From an uncultured Clostridia bacterium (GTDB lineage Bacteria > Bacillota > Clostridia > Christensenellales > CAG-138): a DNA stretch of 64,000 nt. Below the pieces are notes generated by a model. It had not been told where the DNA came from. It saw nothing but the letters and a program-made list of their open reading frames with translations, and made no database searches. The stretch is taken from contig CALVLD010000003.1 of the NCBI GenBank assembly GCA_944336475.1, forward strand, positions 47,618 through 111,617, given 5' to 3'. This document shows positions 1-9,749 of the stretch, in pieces (position 1 is the first letter of the stretch; the number at the start of each line of letters is the position of its first letter). The translations under genes and the position numbers were made by a program.

Positions 1-559
1 CGGAAAGGCCCTGATACTCATTGCCGGCCTCCTCCTGCATGTGCAGAACGATGCCTGCATAGACGCTCTCTCCTGCAAGCAGTGAGCCGTATGCGGCGCC
101 GTCCTCATCGGCGATTAGCTCGTTAAGAGTGCCGACATTTACATATCCGGCTTCCAAGGCAGCTTCAAAGCTCTCGGGCGCCGAAATGGCCTCGTCGCCA
201 AGCATGAAATAGACGTCGATAACATCGCCCAGGATGCCCGCATCGCCGTTTGCGATAATCCTAAGAGCATACTTAAGGGCAAGGCTGCCGTTGTTCTTTA
301 CTTTGAGCATCGCATAATCGCTGTAACCGGGCTCCCAGAGCTCATAGTTGAATATGGGCTCCTCGCCTACGGGAACAAATTCACCGTCGACCAGCTCCTC
401 AAGCTCGATGTCGAGCGTACCGGCCTGTATCTTGTTGCCGGAGTTGATGACGTTGTCGGTGAACCATGCGAATGTGGTGCCAACGAGCATTACGATGCAG
501 ATGAGCACCGCAAGCACGCTTGCGACGAGCGCACGCTTTGTGAGTTTCCTGTTATCCAT
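1..559 (-). CDS. TasA/camelysin-like secreted protein with SipW-class signal peptide (runs off left edge)
   Basis: Hand translation from ATG at 559: MDNRKLTKRALVASVLAVLICIVMLVGTTFAWFTDNVINSGNKIQAGTLDIEL. The 'TFAWFTD...N.I.AGTLDI' pattern is the SipW-dependent signal peptide. RBS GAGG upstream; lies directly downstream of sipW. Missing from the ORF track because it is truncated. Confidence 0.85.
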   Translation of the reverse strand, partial: MDNRKLTKRALVASVLAVLICIVMLVGTTFAWFTDNVINSGNKIQAGTLDIELEELVDGEFVPVGEEPIFNYELWEPGYSDYAMLKVKNNGSLALKYALRIIANGDAGILGDVIDVYFMLGDEAISAPESFEAALEAGYVNVGTLNELIADEDGAAYGSLLAGESVYAGIVLHMQEEAGNEYQGLS

Positions 560-643
560 GTTTTTTCCTCCTTTGCAGTTTTTATGGATAGCTTGTATGT
601 ATTCGGCCTGCAAGCCGCTTACATCATGATATATGCATGTTCC

Positions 644-1384
644 CTACTGCCCCTGGTTCTCAGAGGAGATATCTCCATACTGCTTCTCGACGGACTCAGG
701 CTCGCTGCGTGTCCGTACCTGCTGCCGCTCAAGCTGAGCTCTCAGCTCCTGAAGCTCCTCCATCATGCGTTTGCTCTCGGCGCGCTCCTCCTCCAGCTTT
801 GCCCGCTCGGCCTCGAGCTGCTCCGTCTGCTCCTTCTTATAGCGGCGGAATATCTGGATACAGTTGACCACCTGTAATACTATCAGCGCAACGAACGGTA
901 CCAATATGCACACTATGTAGCCGGGCGTCGACTTGAGGAAGTCGAAGAAGTAGCCCACCTTTGCAATATGTCCTACATACTTGCCCAACACAAAGTCGTA
1001 TGTCACGATATCCTCATCGCTGGTCCCGGTGGTAGTACCGTAGGTGATGAAGCCCGCATCGCCGTTTTCATCAGTTGTGAGGTTACGGATCTTATGGGTG
1101 ACCGTATCCCCGAAGCTAACGGGATTTTGTGAGATGAATGCGATAATGTCGCCAACTTTTAGCTCAGCCGGGTCGACGTCCTTGATGAAGATGACGTCGC
1201 CAGCGGCAAAGTCCGTGGCCGCCATTGAATCAGATTCGACCGTGAGGGCCATGTATCCGAAAATCTTTCTGTCCTTCTTGTCGAACGTCGTCACTGCAAC
1301 GATGGTGAATATCATCATACCTATAGCAGCGGCCACCAGAAGCCACACCACCGCTCTTTTAATGATAGTCCATGCCTTTTTCAA
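644..1384 (-). CDS. sipW: Signal peptidase I, SipW (S26B/ER-type)
   Basis: N-terminal TM, Ser motif VESDSM, GDVIFI, GDIIAF, VTHKI (His), second TM and a coiled-coil tail. TTG start with RBS AGGAG. Confidence 0.85.
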   Translation of the reverse strand: MKKAWTIIKRAVVWLLVAAAIGMMIFTIVAVTTFDKKDRKIFGYMALTVESDSMAATDFAAGDVIFIKDVDPAELKVGDIIAFISQNPVSFGDTVTHKIRNLTTDENGDAGFITYGTTTGTSDEDIVTYDFVLGKYVGHIAKVGYFFDFLKSTPGYIVCILVPFVALIVLQVVNCIQIFRRYKKEQTEQLEAERAKLEEERAESKRMMEELQELRAQLERQQVRTRSEPESVEKQYGDISSENQGQ

Positions 1385-1433
1385 ATTGAGCTCCTAACTC
1401 CGCCACGGTGGCGGAAGCATATTTGATTCAAGA

Positions 1434-1991
1434 TCAGTCGAAGAGTCTGTCGGGGTTATTCTTCGTCTGAACCGCAGTAGCGCAAAGATCGAAGCTCAGC
1501 CCAAGCCCTTGGGTAAAATTGCCCGTCTCATGCGGGAAATAGAAGCGTATCCTCAGATCACGTCGCTCCCCGACAAGCAGCGTGTCATCCGCCGCCGCCA
1601 TATCTTCCCCGGCAAGCTCTGCGGCGGTACCGCAATACAGTATCGTTTCACCGTTGAATATGGTGATCTCCATCACATCGGCAAGACCGCCCTCCACATT
1701 ATCGAAATAGAGCTTATAATAGACGTCGAAGGTACTGTTGTTTTCAATGAAGAAGTCTTTTTCAACGGTGATGCCGGGCTCAAACAGAAACTCGTGCTCT
1801 TGAATGACAGGCGCTCCGTTATTCAGATTGATGTCGACCATGCCCGTTTGGAATATGTTGTTACCCACCGAGACGGACGCCCACACAAGCGCACCGGTTG
1901 CTACACACAGGCACAGAGCCAACACGATAACTGCGATCACACCGCCGAACAGCCGTCTTGACGTCCTTGCTGTTTTACGCATCGTCCTCAC
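1434..1991 (-). CDS. TasA-like protein with SipW-class signal peptide
   Basis: Hydrophobic signal ending TGALVWASVSVGNNIFQTGMVDINLN; 'FEPG...F.IEN' and C-terminal 'AVQ' typical of TasA/camelysin-like subunits. Confidence 0.7.
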   Translation of the reverse strand: MRTMRKTARTSRRLFGGVIAVIVLALCLCVATGALVWASVSVGNNIFQTGMVDINLNNGAPVIQEHEFLFEPGITVEKDFFIENNSTFDVYYKLYFDNVEGGLADVMEITIFNGETILYCGTAAELAGEDMAAADDTLLVGERRDLRIRFYFPHETGNFTQGLGLSFDLCATAVQTKNNPDRLFD

Positions 1992-2814
1992 ACCCCTCCC
2001 TCAGCCGCTTGCGGAGCAGTATTATCAAAATCAGCGATGTGACGGCAACCGCCATTAACACCCACGGCAGTACGGCGGGAGCGCCATCCGTATGCGGAGG
2101 GGCGAGCCCCTCCTCCACCCACCAGTTGAAATCGGCCGTAAGGGAAAGGCGCATATACGCATTATCGACGCTCGTATCAAGATATGCCGTTATCTCGTAG
2201 TAGACATCATCAGTCGTGTTCCCCTCGGCGGGAAGCGGATGCTCCAATGCGTCGGGCATGTCCTTCATAAGGCCGTCATATAGGGTCAGACCTGCTTCAG
2301 GAAGATCAATGCGGCACTTGAGAACCTCCGCAAGGAGTTCTCCGCCGGTATGGATATCGGCATTGAAGCGCAGGATCACCGATTGGGAATGACAGACCCG
2401 CACACGATAATACTGCGTGACGGCATCGCCGGGGAACATATTGCCAACCTGAAACGGGGCATTGTCCCCGGGGTTCAAATTAAACAGTGTGAGCGTAGTC
2501 GCAACGACCTCGTCCCGTGCAGGCACGGGGCTGCCACCTGGCAAAAGCAGATATGCCCCATCGAGAGCGGAAGCATAAACAGCAGCGGTCGGCGGCGCGC
2601 CTTGCGAGCCCTCTGCAGAAATGCCTGTATGATCGATATGCGAAGAATTTGTTGAGTCGTTCAGGATGTTGTCCGGCACAATGGCCCGCTTGGAATACTT
2701 TGCCGAGATGTAGTCTTGGATGAGAACCGCCGCAAGAGCAGCCAAACTCACAAACAGCAGCACTGTAAGCACAATAATGGCAGTTTTCAGCTTTTTCTGT
2801 GTACCTGTTCCCAC
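1975..2814 (-). CDS. TasA-like surface protein with C-terminal sortase-type sorting signal
   Basis: N-terminal TM, 'VGNMFPGD' TasA-like motif, C-terminal PPHTDG + hydrophobic helix + RKR tail. GTG start at 2814 after AAAGGGG; ORF track starts at 2832. Confidence 0.6.
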   Translation of the reverse strand: MGTGTQKKLKTAIIVLTVLLFVSLAALAAVLIQDYISAKYSKRAIVPDNILNDSTNSSHIDHTGISAEGSQGAPPTAAVYASALDGAYLLLPGGSPVPARDEVVATTLTLFNLNPGDNAPFQVGNMFPGDAVTQYYRVRVCHSQSVILRFNADIHTGGELLAEVLKCRIDLPEAGLTLYDGLMKDMPDALEHPLPAEGNTTDDVYYEITAYLDTSVDNAYMRLSLTADFNWWVEEGLAPPHTDGAPAVLPWVLMAVAVTSLILIILLRKRLREGCEDDA

Positions 2815-3077
2815 AATGACCCCCTTTAACACCGGAAACCGAACGACAAGTGACTAAACGCATGCATCAAAATTTACTCCGGAACGACCGGCAGCACGAC
2901 AGCGCTCAATGTATTCATTATAATATGCCGTTATGTGCGAAATGTCAATAGTTTTATGTTGTGTATTGATAATATATTGTAATTGGTTTGAAATAACAAA
3001 ACATTTAAGGGCAGTATCAGAAGAACGTGTTGCAATCGCCATAGCGATGAATGTTGTGTTCGTCGAAACTGACGGTG

Positions 3078-3665
3078 TCAGAAGCGCAAGGGATAGATCA
3101 CCCCCCTCCAGTTATTGTTGTTTATAAAGTAGACCTCGTTGTCCGTCCAGACGCCGTTCTCCAGTATGAACGCCTTGCGGACGCATTCAAATGCGAAGCC
3201 TGCCTTTTTCAGCACACGCTTCGATGCCGGATTGTCGAGGTTTACATGTGCCTCCAGACGGTGCAGACTCAGTGTGTTGAAGCCTATGTTTATCATTGCC
3301 GCAACGGTCTCCGTGGCATAGCCCATGCCCCAGTAAGGGTTGTGGATGGTGTAGCCTATCCTTGCGTACTGAAAATTCTCCCTGTAATGTGGGGTTATGT
3401 CGCAGTAGCCCACGGATATTCCGTCCTGCTTGCGGAATACGTTCAGCATGTACGAGTAGTCCTCCTCCGCCTCACGCCTGCGGCGTTCGAGCAGCTTGGC
3501 ATACCACTCCCGTGTCATAAATCCCGTGTCGAAGCAGCCCTCGTCAAAGCGGTTCTTTGAGGGGAGACAGTCTGCGTATCCGCTGACGAACACATTGTAG
3601 TCGTCCTCCGTCACGGGGCGTAGCACGAGCCTTTTCGTTTCCTCATATATGTCTGTGTCGGACAT
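3078..3665 (-). CDS. GNAT acetyltransferase, RimJ/RimL family
   Basis: ETKRLVLRP, IGYTI...YWGMGYATE, LHRLEAHV..DNPASKRVLKKAGF motifs. Confidence 0.9.
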   Translation of the reverse strand: MSDTDIYEETKRLVLRPVTEDDYNVFVSGYADCLPSKNRFDEGCFDTGFMTREWYAKLLERRRREAEEDYSYMLNVFRKQDGISVGYCDITPHYRENFQYARIGYTIHNPYWGMGYATETVAAMINIGFNTLSLHRLEAHVNLDNPASKRVLKKAGFAFECVRKAFILENGVWTDNEVYFINNNNWRGVIYPLRF

Positions 3666-3751
3666 GTCTCTTCCGCCTTTGTGTTTCTTAAGGCATTATA
3701 GCATGGCGTAGGCTGCTTGCACAATAGCGTATCATACGTTATAATTCGGGT

Positions 3752-4435
3752 ATGGAGGATGCACTCGGATACATACGCTCAAGGCTGTTTGCCATGCAGG
3801 ACGAGCAATACGGAGATTTTATATCCGGTCTGGTGCCCTCGGTGGAGCGTGGGCGGATAATCGGAGTCAGGACGCCTGCGCTCGTGCAATTTGCGAAGGA
3901 ATTATACGGCACGGCAGAGGCAAAGGAGTTCATAGGGATACTGCCCCATGGATATTATGAGGAGCTTAACCTGCACGGGGCGTTGATATCCCGCATACCC
4001 GATTTCGATGAGGCATTGCGGCAGACGGAACGGCTCCTTCCATTTGTAGATAACTGGGCGACCTGCGACTCGGTATCTCCCAAGGTGTTTGCAAAGCGTG
4101 TCGACAGGCTTATGCCGCATGTTTTGGAGTGGGTAGTCTCCCCCATGCCCTATGTCTCACGCTACGGCATGGGTATGCTCATGCGATACCGTCTTGGCGA
4201 TGGGTTCAACCCCCGCTATTTGGAGCTTGTTGCAAGCATCTCAAGTACGGAATACTATGTCAACATGATGCGGGCCTGGTTCTTTGCAACGGCGCTTGCC
4301 AAGCAGAAGGATGCGACTCTCCCCTATTTTGAGGGACATCTGCTTGACAAATGGACCCACATGAGGGCGATACGCAAGGCGTTGGAAAGCCGAAGAATAT
4401 CCGACGAATTGAAGGCATACCTGCGTTCTTTATAA
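3752..4435 (+). CDS. DNA alkylation repair protein (AlkD-like HEAT-repeat glycosylase family)
   Basis: IIGVRTP, DNWATCD, EYYVNMMRAW, KALES.RI motifs. Confidence 0.85.
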   Translation: MEDALGYIRSRLFAMQDEQYGDFISGLVPSVERGRIIGVRTPALVQFAKELYGTAEAKEFIGILPHGYYEELNLHGALISRIPDFDEALRQTERLLPFVDNWATCDSVSPKVFAKRVDRLMPHVLEWVVSPMPYVSRYGMGMLMRYRLGDGFNPRYLELVASISSTEYYVNMMRAWFFATALAKQKDATLPYFEGHLLDKWTHMRAIRKALESRRISDELKAYLRSL

Positions 4436-4577
4436 TATCGGCGGAAAACAAATATATTCATCTGCGTATGCACTGCGGCCAAACTTTCTGATTGACATAT
4501 TTTGTGCGTATGGGTACAATGCCATTATTGGATCTATGTGCAATTTTTCATTGCCGAATTTACTTTTAGGAGGAAAT

Positions 4578-5246
4578 ATGAACAAAGTCATTACCGCGTC
4601 GGAAGCTCTTTCCCATGTGAAGGACTACGACACACTGATGGTCGGAGGCTTTTTGCAGTGCGGCAGCCCCGAATACCTTCTCTCCCAGTTTGTGGGGCAT
4701 CCCGCAAGGCATCTTACCCTTGTAAATAACGACATGGGCGATTACACATCCAGCCTTTCCAAGATACTCTGGGCAGGTCAGGTAGACGAGCTGATCTGCA
4801 CATGGATAGTACGCAACGAGGCTGCGCAGGCCATGTACAAGGCTAATCCCGCCTGTTTGCACATCAACCCTCAGGGCACGCTTACCGAGCGCATCCGTGC
4901 CGGCGGATTCGGCATTGCGGCATTTTACACCCCGACCGGCGTCGGCACCATAATCGAGGAGGGGAAGGAAACCCGTGTGTTCAACGGGCGCAAGTACCTC
5001 ATGGAGACCGCTCTGCGCGGCAACGTCGCCTTCATACACGCCGCCGTTGCGGATGAGTTCGGCAATGTGTTCATGAAGGGTTCCTCAAAGAACTACAATG
5101 CAGCCATGGCCACCGCCTGCGATTATGTTATCTGCGAGGCGGAGGAGATCGTTCCCGTTGGCGCAATCGACCCGGAGCTCGTCACCGTTTCAGGCATATA
5201 TGTTAATGCGGTGGTACAGATCCCCAAGAAGGATGATAAGGAGTAA
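4578..5246 (+). CDS. ctfA: Acetoacetate/butyrate:acetate CoA-transferase subunit A
   Basis: LMVGGF, PQGTLTERIRAGG.GI.AFYTPTGVGT; RBS AGGAGG before ATG 4578. Confidence 0.9.
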   Translation: MNKVITASEALSHVKDYDTLMVGGFLQCGSPEYLLSQFVGHPARHLTLVNNDMGDYTSSLSKILWAGQVDELICTWIVRNEAAQAMYKANPACLHINPQGTLTERIRAGGFGIAAFYTPTGVGTIIEEGKETRVFNGRKYLMETALRGNVAFIHAAVADEFGNVFMKGSSKNYNAAMATACDYVICEAEEIVPVGAIDPELVTVSGIYVNAVVQIPKKDDKE

Positions 5247-5251
5247 ATCTT

Positions 5252-5908
5252 ATGGATAACAAGAATTTGATCGCAAGGCGCATCGCAATGATGCTTCATG
5301 ACGGCGAGGTCGTCAACCTCGGCATCGGTGTTCCCCAGCTCGTTGCCAACTGGCTGCCCGAGGGCGTCAACCTCGTCATCCACGCCGAAAACGGCATTAT
5401 TGGCGCAGGCGGCTATGCTCCCGAGGGACAGGGCACCGATGATATAGTCGATGCCGGCGGTATGCGTATCACCGTCAACCCCGGTGCGCAGTTCATAGTC
5501 AGCACCGACTCTTTCGGCGCCATCCGCGGCGGCCACATCGACATGACCATACTCGGCGCGTTCCAGGTCGATGAAAAGGGCAACCTTGCCAACTGGTGCA
5601 TTCCCGGTAAAAAGATGGGCGGCATCGGCGGCGCAATGGATCTTGTCACCGGCGCAAAGCAGGTCGTCATCGCAATGGAGCACACCCAGAAGGGTCAGCC
5701 CAAGATCGTCAAGGAGTGCACATATCCCCTTACCGGCGCTGAGGTCGTTGACATCATCGTCACCGAGATGGGCTTCATGCGTGTGACGGATGAGGGCATC
5801 GTGCTGGAGGAGATCAACCCCAACTACACCGTTGAGCAGGTTCAGGCGGCTACCGACGCAAAGCTCATCATCCCCGAGAACCTCAAGCTCATGGATATAG
5901 GCGAATAA
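5252..5908 (+). CDS. ctfB: CoA-transferase subunit B
   Basis: VNLGIG.P, catalytic (A)ENG, IRGGHID, GNLANW, GGAMDLV. Confidence 0.9.
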   Translation: MDNKNLIARRIAMMLHDGEVVNLGIGVPQLVANWLPEGVNLVIHAENGIIGAGGYAPEGQGTDDIVDAGGMRITVNPGAQFIVSTDSFGAIRGGHIDMTILGAFQVDEKGNLANWCIPGKKMGGIGGAMDLVTGAKQVVIAMEHTQKGQPKIVKECTYPLTGAEVVDIIVTEMGFMRVTDEGIVLEEINPNYTVEQVQAATDAKLIIPENLKLMDIGE

Positions 5909-5984
5909 GCTTTTCAGGGCAGGGCGAGGGTTCCCTGCCCTTCAAAAAACCTTGTATAATCTATCATATAGGAGGAATGGAATT

Positions 5985-7169
5985 ATGAAGGAAATTGTAA
6001 TTGCCAGTGCTGTCCGTACCGCCGTCGGCGCATTTGGCGGTTCTCTTAAGGACGTCCCCGTCACCACCCTTGGCTCCATAGTCATCAAGGAGGCCGTCCG
6101 CCGCGCAGGCATAGCTCCCACCGATGTTGATGAGGTCATTATGGGCTGTGTTCTCCAGGGCGGTCAGGGCCAGTCAGTTGCCCGCCAGGCGGCGGTCAAT
6201 GCCGGTATCCCCGTTGAGATCCCTGCGCTGACCATCAACAACGTCTGCGGAAGCGGCCTCAAGGCGGTCAACCTTGCCGCCGCAATGATAGATGCAGGAG
6301 ATGCCGACGTCATGGTCGTCGGCGGCATGGAGAACATGAGCGCCACCGGCTACTGTATACCTCAGGCTCGCTACGGCTACCGCATGAGCATGCCGAACGC
6401 AGATCTCGTTGATATGATGGTCAAGGACGGCCTTTGGGAGGCGTTCAATGATTATCACATGGGCATCACTGCGGAGAACGTTGCCGAGCAGTACGGCATC
6501 ACCCGTCAGATGCAGGATGAGTTTGCCCTTCGCTCTCAAAGGAATGCCGCCGCCGCCCAGGAGGCCGGCAAGTTCGATGAGGAGATAGTGCCCGTTCCCG
6601 TCAAGATAAAGAAGGAGACAGTAGAGTTCAAGAAGGATGAACACAATCGTCCCTCCACCACGATAGAGGCGCTGGCAAAGCTGCGTCCATCCTTCAAGAA
6701 GGACGGTACCGTCACGGCAGGCAATGCCTCCGGCATAAACGACGGTGCGGCTGCGGTCGTCATAATGAGCGCAGACAGGGCCAAAGAACTTGGCGTTAAG
6801 CCCATGGCACGCTTCATAGTCGGCGCAAGCGCAGGCGTTGAGCCCTCCGTGATGGGCATAGGCCCCGTTGCCGCTACCCGTAAGGCGCTTGCAAAGAGCG
6901 GCCTTGAGCTCTCCCAGATCGACCGTATAGAGGCAAACGAGGCGTTTGCCGCACAGTCCATTGCGGTCGCTCAGGAGCTGGGCTTCGATATGGACAGGGT
7001 GAATGTCAACGGCGGCGCCATAGCCCTTGGTCACCCAATTGGCGCAAGCGGCTGCCGCATACTGGTGACGCTGCTGTACGAGCTGAAGCACAGCGGCAAA
7101 AAGCTCGGCCTCGCCACGCTCTGTGTAGGCGGCGGCATGGGCGTTGCCACCATAGTCGAGGCTCTGTAA
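5985..7169 (+). CDS. thlA: Acetyl-CoA C-acetyltransferase (thiolase)
   Basis: [28 protein letters not shown]; RBS AGGAGG. Confidence 0.95.
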   Translation: MKEIVIASAVRTAVGAFGGSLKDVPVTTLGSIVIKEAVRRAGIAPTDVDEVIMGCVLQGGQGQSVARQAAVNAGIPVEIPALTINNVCGSGLKAVNLAAAMIDAGDADVMVVGGMENMSATGYCIPQARYGYRMSMPNADLVDMMVKDGLWEAFNDYHMGITAENVAEQYGITRQMQDEFALRSQRNAAAAQEAGKFDEEIVPVPVKIKKETVEFKKDEHNRPSTTIEALAKLRPSFKKDGTVTAGNASGINDGAAAVVIMSADRAKELGVKPMARFIVGASAGVEPSVMGIGPVAATRKALAKSGLELSQIDRIEANEAFAAQSIAVAQELGFDMDRVNVNGGAIALGHPIGASGCRILVTLLYELKHSGKKLGLATLCVGGGMGVATIVEAL

Positions 7170-7228
7170 AACCATACCGTTCATCACATCGGGTGGGCAG
7201 TCGGTTTGCCCGCCCGATATTTTACCCA

Positions 7229-7951
7229 ATGGATACCGTTCGTTTTGAAGCCGCAGTCGTCCGTGCCCATCTCCGCAAAAAGGAGGGCATAGGCATGCTT
7301 GGAGAAAAGCTCCTGCACTCGGCGCTGAAATACTACATTGATCCCGACGAGACCCACCACGAAATAGGCATAGGCGGATACTTTGCCGACATTCTGAATG
7401 AGGACGGCATATTTGAGATACAGACGGGCTCCATGCATCCGCTTGCGGCAAAGCTGAGGGCATATCCCGACGAGTATCAGGTGACGGTCGTATGTCCCCT
7501 GATAGTAGAGAAACGTGTGTTTTGGATAGATCCCGTGTCGGGGGAGATATCAGGAGGGCGAAAAAGCCCTCGCCATGGGCAGATATGCGATGTGTTCGGG
7601 GAGCTCATCCACATTCGCAACAGCATGCGCCGCGCGCAGCTTCGTATCATCGGGCTTAAGGGGGATGAATACCGCCTGCTCACGGGGAGGAGTCCTGACC
7701 TCAAGCGTTGGGGTGCTGTGCGGTTTGAGCGTGTGCCCACTGAGCTTCTGTGGGAGAGGGAGCTTTGTACCGCAGAGGACTACATCGCACTGCTGCCGGA
7801 TATAGCGGAGCCGTTTACTGTACGCACGCTTGCAAACGGACTGAAAATCGGGTATAATATCGCAGGTGCGATGGCGCGCACGCTGTTTGACATGGGTGTG
7901 CTCCAAAGGGTGGGCAAGGAGAAAAACGCCTACCTGTACGCTAAGAAATGA
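7229..7951 (+). CDS. Conserved hypothetical protein, possible PD-(D/E)XK nuclease-like fold
   Basis: IG.LGEK.LH..LK, ADI...GIFEIQT pattern, C-terminal wHTH-like end. Start uncertain (7193/7229). Confidence 0.6.
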   Translation: MDTVRFEAAVVRAHLRKKEGIGMLGEKLLHSALKYYIDPDETHHEIGIGGYFADILNEDGIFEIQTGSMHPLAAKLRAYPDEYQVTVVCPLIVEKRVFWIDPVSGEISGGRKSPRHGQICDVFGELIHIRNSMRRAQLRIIGLKGDEYRLLTGRSPDLKRWGAVRFERVPTELLWERELCTAEDYIALLPDIAEPFTVRTLANGLKIGYNIAGAMARTLFDMGVLQRVGKEKNAYLYAKK

Positions 7952-8062
7952 GGGCAGTGGCTTGAGGAACTGAGTGATCGTTTGAACTGATGTTGCAGGC
8001 ATTTCCGTGCATTAGTCACGGTGTGTTTTGATATCGCCAAACCGTCATGAAAGGACTTTGCC

Positions 8063-9595
8063 ATGCTTCAAGTAAAAGATCTAACCATTTCCATGATAAA
8101 AAACGGCCGCAAGCTCATCAGCGGTCTGTCGTTCACGCTCAACAGGGGTAACAGAACCGTCATAATAGGCGAGGAGGGCAACGGCAAGAGCACGCTGCTC
8201 AAGCTGATATTTGACCCAACGCTCGTGGAGGGCTATGCCGAGTACTCAGGCCAGATACTGTGTGGCAATCACAGGCTTGGACTTCTCCTACAGGAGATAC
8301 CCCCGGAACTGCGAAAGCTGTCCGTATATGAGTATCTTGCCGACTGCATTGGGGATCACAGAACGGCTGCCGCATTCTGCACAAGGCTCGGTTTGCAAAC
8401 GGAGCTCCCGTGGAGCGACCGAACGGTCTCGACCCTCTCCGGCGGCGAGAGGGTCAAGCTGCAGCTGCTCCGCATACTGCTCACCGAGCCCGATGTTCTT
8501 CTGCTCGATGAGCCCACGAACGATATCGACTTAGAAACGCTCGAATGGCTTGAGGGCTTTATAAATGGGTTTGATGGTGCGGTGCTGTTCGTATCCCACG
8601 ATGAGACGCTGATTGAAAACACCGCCGACTCGGTGATACATCTTGAGCACATACACCACAAGAAGGTCTGCCGCCATACGGTCGCCAATGTTCCATATCA
8701 AGAGTACATCGATGCTCGGGAGAGGGGTATGGCGCATCAGGCGCAGGTCGCACGCAATGAGCTTGACGAGCAGAGGAAGAAGGAGGAGCGTTGGCGTGAG
8801 ATATACGAAAAGGTGGAAGCTGCGCAAAGAAACATATCCCGAGGCGATCCAAGCGGCGGCCGCCTTCTGAAGAAAAAGATGCATTCCGTAAAGAGCATGG
8901 AGCGGCGGCTCGAAAGGGAGCGTGCGGAGCTGACCGAAGCTCCTGTGACGGAGCTGACAATGTTCTGCACACTACCGGAGGTGAAGCTGCCGCCACGCAA
9001 GGAGATATTGAGGCTGCGCCTCCCCTGTCTCTGCGTTGGAAGCAGGGTGTTGGCAAGGGATATCGAACTTGACGTCAACGCCTCGGAGCATATCGCACTG
9101 ATAGGCAGAAACGGCGCAGGCAAGACGACTCTGTTACGGCTCATATCGGACATACTGCTGCAGAGGACGGATATTCGCTGCTTCTACATGCCTCAGACAT
9201 ATGACGAGCTGCTGCCAATGGACGGCACGCCTGTGGATTTTCTGGCACCGTCAGGCAGAAAGGAGAATGTTACAGCAGCGCAGACATATCTTGGCAGCGT
9301 GCGCTACACTGCGGATGAGATGCTCTCCCCCATTGGCTCGCTGTCGGGCGGGCAGAGGGCAAAGCTGCTGTTCGTCAAAATGGCCATGGATGGGTTTGAT
9401 GTACTGGTGCTTGATGAACCAACACGCAACTTCAGCCCCCTCTCGACACCCGTTATCCGCCGAATGCTCGCCTCCTTTGGGGGCTGCATAATAAGCGTGA
9501 CGCATGACCGCAAGTATCTCTCGGAGGTCTGCACCCGTGTGTATGAGCTGACCGAAAGCGGACTTTGCGATACCTCCCGATATGGCGTGCGATAA
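8063..9595 (+). CDS. ABC-F family ATPase (two ABC domains, no TM)
   Basis: GEEGNGKST / LSGGE / LLLDEPTN and GRNGAGKTT / LSGGQ / LVLDEPT with a helical linker. Confidence 0.9.
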   Translation: MLQVKDLTISMIKNGRKLISGLSFTLNRGNRTVIIGEEGNGKSTLLKLIFDPTLVEGYAEYSGQILCGNHRLGLLLQEIPPELRKLSVYEYLADCIGDHRTAAAFCTRLGLQTELPWSDRTVSTLSGGERVKLQLLRILLTEPDVLLLDEPTNDIDLETLEWLEGFINGFDGAVLFVSHDETLIENTADSVIHLEHIHHKKVCRHTVANVPYQEYIDARERGMAHQAQVARNELDEQRKKEERWREIYEKVEAAQRNISRGDPSGGRLLKKKMHSVKSMERRLERERAELTEAPVTELTMFCTLPEVKLPPRKEILRLRLPCLCVGSRVLARDIELDVNASEHIALIGRNGAGKTTLLRLISDILLQRTDIRCFYMPQTYDELLPMDGTPVDFLAPSGRKENVTAAQTYLGSVRYTADEMLSPIGSLSGGQRAKLLFVKMAMDGFDVLVLDEPTRNFSPLSTPVIRRMLASFGGCIISVTHDRKYLSEVCTRVYELTESGLCDTSRYGVR

Positions 9596-9749
9596 ATGAT
9601 ATATTGCTGCCGAAGATTGAAGGCGAGAGCATGTTCTGCTATAATTACGTTACCGGGTGGAGGCGGCGTGTTTTGCCGTCGTGCCCATGGGGGGACAATT
9701 TAACACAACGGCTTTCCGATACTCTAATTACGAAGGGATGGTTCTGTTA

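Noticed and set aside
8063-9595. Antibiotic-resistance ABC-F assignment
   Set aside because: Subfamily cannot be assigned by eye; no leader peptide/attenuator or mobile context recognised.
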